Assembly: GCA_973895155.1 (NCBI GenBank)
Contig: OZ316893.1
Span: 16,336,645 to 16,400,644, forward strand
Source: Marsupella aquatica
Taxonomy: Eukaryota; Plantae; Marchantiophyta
Direction of reading: 5' to 3'
DNA: 64,000 nt
Part shown: piece after piece, positions 61,128 to 64,000 of the stretch
How the letters are laid out: each line of letters opens with the position of its first letter
Numbering within the stretch: the first letter of the stretch is position 1
Notes under the pieces: model-generated
Told to the model about the DNA's origin: nothing
The model's input: only the letters and a program-made list of their open reading frames with translations
Database searches by the model: none
Made by a program: the position numbers and the translations under genes

Positions 61128-62076
61128 TGTTGTAATATGGAGTTAACACTAACCCGAGTCATGGTAGTAGGGTTAGTTAGTCCTAACTAACCGAAGCTTA
61201 GGTTGTTACTAACAAACCTAACTGCATGTAATAGATCGAGTCCTTAGGGACTCTATAAGGTAATGGAAGTTGGAGGGAACCTCCAGTTGTTGGCGTATGT
61301 TCTACTCTCATCTTCTTGTCTCTGAATACGTTATCAGCACGAGCTGCCAAAGCTGAGCATAGAATTTTCTCATACACGTACTGGCGCATGAACTGACTGT
61401 CCACAAATCAAACAAGCTAGATCACAAGCCATCAATGCCATACTGCGCACTACCCAAAAGTGATTGTATCCACGACTCATCTTCGTGATTTTCTTCCGAA
61501 CTCTGTGAAGCGTCACCCAACACTTGAGATTAATTGACCCCCACCAGAGATCAACGATCATTCCTGCAGCGAGGCTTCGCATTCCATCAAATCGCCCACA
61601 TTCACTTTTACAAAGGAAGAGCGCCACAATCATCCATCCACGAAATCCACACGAAAATGCTCAAGGCAGCTAAATCCAACATTTATAGCATTATGAACAT
61701 TCGACATTGATTTCCAACAGTTCACATTCATAGACTACCCCGGATAGACACAATGACCACCGTAGAGAAACTTTTATTTGAGGCACTGTCAATCGATAGG
61801 GCCAATTACTTATCATGGTCCCTGGATATTGAAGCACATCTCAGCTCCAAATCTCTCCAAGACACGATCACCATAGACGCTGGATGCACTCTTCAAGAGA
61901 AGGCGAAGGCCCTCATCCTCATCCGTCATCACTTAGCAGCCCCATTGAAGCAATAGTACTTGAATCAATATAACCCACGCTTACTCTGGGAGGACCTATA
62001 ATCTCGCTTCGATCACATGAAAACTATATCACTCCCTGCAGCACGCCACGATTGGATCAACTTACGAGTTCAAGAC
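61128..62076 (+). mobile_element. 5' part of a Bianca-lineage Ty1/copia element (short LTR ~61128-61328, PBS, gag start 61753), interrupted at 62077
   Basis: CGTTATCAGCACG PBS at 61329-61341. Gag FEALSIDRANYLSWSLDIEAHL...KAKALILIRHHL...LWEDL-SRFDH...ARHDWINLRVQD is typical of Bianca gag and contains stops. Confidence 0.8.
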
Positions 62077-63544
62077 TGTGATGCCTAACCAGGAATCACT
62101 AGGCCGGTTAAATGGGAAAATGGAAGTATACCCTAGAAACAACTTAGTATAGTTACAAGAATGAGGAAAATATAAACAATTAAGGGTGACTATGGAACCC
62201 GGGCCCAGGCCGGAAGTAAGGACGCCGGGGGAGAGAATACGATTAGGGTTAGGGTGCACTAAGTGTCGGCGGCTAGGGGTAACCAACGGTAGGAAATACC
62301 ATAGGAGGAGAGGGGTAAGGACAGCTCGCGAGGAATGGTGGCTCATTTGCAAGCACGAACTGGGCAGACGACTACAGGAGGCCAACTACTATCAGCTGCT
62401 TAGACAAACACTCTGGGCGGGAGCAGATACCAATGAACGACTCAAGGAGGGTATGAGCAACATCAATCAAGCGACACATTTTTGGGGATGCCTGTTTGAA
62501 CGGGCAACAGAGTACATTGGGACTTACGAGGACGAAGAATCGGAGAGAGCAGCTCGAGAATGGCAGGAGCTAGCTCGACTGTGGGAGCTGCAGAAATCTG
62601 CCTTCTTAGGAGGAGAATTCATCAAGACCGAGTTCTTGTGGACTCCTACTGCCAATCAGCTTGATGACCTTTTGTTTTGCGAAAACAGGATCGTCGGCAT
62701 TCGGGAAGCCATCAACCGCTGCAACGACATACACTGGGAGTTGAAGGGTAGCACGGAGGGGTGGACAAAGGCAACCGTGCTAGGAGAAACATCCACGGCA
62801 GCCGAGATGAAGAGGAAAGGAAACAACAATGAAGAGGCCACCCCGGCAAAAAGAACGAGGTCGGTGGCACCAAGGAAGCCAGCAGAGCAGGGAAGCAGGA
62901 GGCAAGCGGAAGCCGAAGAGGAGGAGGTTGATCCCATCAATGCCATTCCAACAAAGGATGACACCTGGAAAGGCTGGGCGACGACCCTACCAGAAGAGGT
63001 GCAACTACATTTTGCACGGGAGGAGGATGCATGCTTTACGGCCATGCAGACCAAGAAGTACCAGGGCTTCATGGCCGGATCCGGCTTGGAAGCCTTCGTA
63101 AAATTACCATGACTCAAGCCGGAGGTGCCGGATTCAGACTTATTAGAATTCATGGGAGCCGAGACCAATTCCACAAGGGTGTATGGGAAGGATTTCTATC
63201 TCACTCCTCGGGTGATTGCCGAAGTGTTTGGCTTGCCGATGGGCAATAAGACCAAGGTAGAGACCAGGAAGACCTTGCCAGACAAGGAGTTCCGGTTGTT
63301 TCCAGGGCCATCAACGAAGAATGGCTTCTTTCGGAACACCTGCACCAACCCGCACATCGGAGAGATGATCGATTTCTTGCGGGTGACCATGCATTGCAAC
63401 TTGCCAAGGGCAGAGATCGGCAAGGCACAAGTCTACCTGGCAGAGAGGCCAGACCCAAGCCGGGACTACAACGGGTACCTCCTCAACCAACTAAAGAAGA
63501 TCTTGAAGGAGGAACAGCTGGTGATCGGCATGGGAAGCGTGTCC
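62077..63544 (+). mobile_element. Family A gypsy LTR copy (5' part) with internal ORF 62186-63544
   Basis: Begins TGTGATGCCTAACCAGG and matches the reverse complement of 36445 leftwards and 19064 leftwards. ORF has TGA at 63110-63112 where the other copy has TGG. Confidence 0.88.
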
Positions 63545-64000
63545 TGTGGTGCGTCCCATGGCTCTCTAAACCCCAGAAACCCCCCTTCTCAAGCCGATTC
63601 CCGCAGGTTTCGCGCTTGGCGAGGCCGTTTTCGCGGCTTAGTGGCATGGGACGCTGCTAACCTCCTTCTACTACTACTATTAACATTTTACACACATATA
63701 CTGGACAGATCCTTCATCGGGTCATGAGATACGTAGCCGGCCTAATCTAGGCCTTCCCTTGTCTTCCCCTCCTTCTTGTTAGGTATATTTGGATTCCGCC
63801 GCTGAAATGATCCCCAATAGGCTTGGTTAAGCCGCTAAGACCTCTCTCAGCTCGACACATCCAACTCTCACTCCCTTGCTTACTTTCCTTCATCTATTAG
63901 TTGATGTGGGCACTCTTCACACAAGTTAATGCGACACACAAATAGCAAAATGACTCCTTCTGACTGAGTCATACCATGCACTTGCCATACAAACAGTACA
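63545..64000 (-). mobile_element. Family A gypsy LTR 3' end, inserted in opposite orientation into the previous LTR
   Basis: TGTGGTGCGTCCCATGGCTC... is a direct repeat of 10909-~11355. It breaks the host ORF after ...GSVS, where the other copy continues RLGYHM. Confidence 0.9.

Overview
Eukaryotic, transposon-dense plant DNA, probably from a non-seed land plant such as a bryophyte; the lineage is an inference. There is one intact host gene, the 8-exon TRAPP subunit TRAPPC5/TRS31 at 50536-52937. Most of the rest is nested mobile DNA whose ends and target-site duplications (TSDs) can be read directly. A Ty1/copia element (1-6338) sits in the pol of a minus-strand Ty3/gypsy element. That element's ~4.65-kb 5' LTR (10909-36445) carries its own coding region and is interrupted by a 3.9-kb solo LTR (11826-15748) and a 17-kb CACTA (19065-36023, TSD AGT). 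The CACTA in turn holds a full-length L1-type LINE (22973-29869, 13-bp TSD). Further right are a 12.1-kb Mutator-like element (37976-50057, 9-bp TSD CATAAACCA), a second 3.9-kb solo LTR (55723-59633), and a Bianca-type copia start with two more gypsy LTR copies nested in it. Three things stand out. (1) The MULE encodes a ParB/Srx-like plus beta-class DNA amino-methyltransferase-like protein and has about nine copies of an 18-bp palindrome (GCTAGCGA-NN-TCGCTAGC) restricted to its introns and intergenic DNA. (2) The CACTA has an intact SET-domain exon inside a transposase intron, in frame with the transposase's first coding exon. (3) Two LTR families carry protein-coding regions inside the LTR itself. 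Domain calls were made by eye from motifs and need HMM or structure confirmation.
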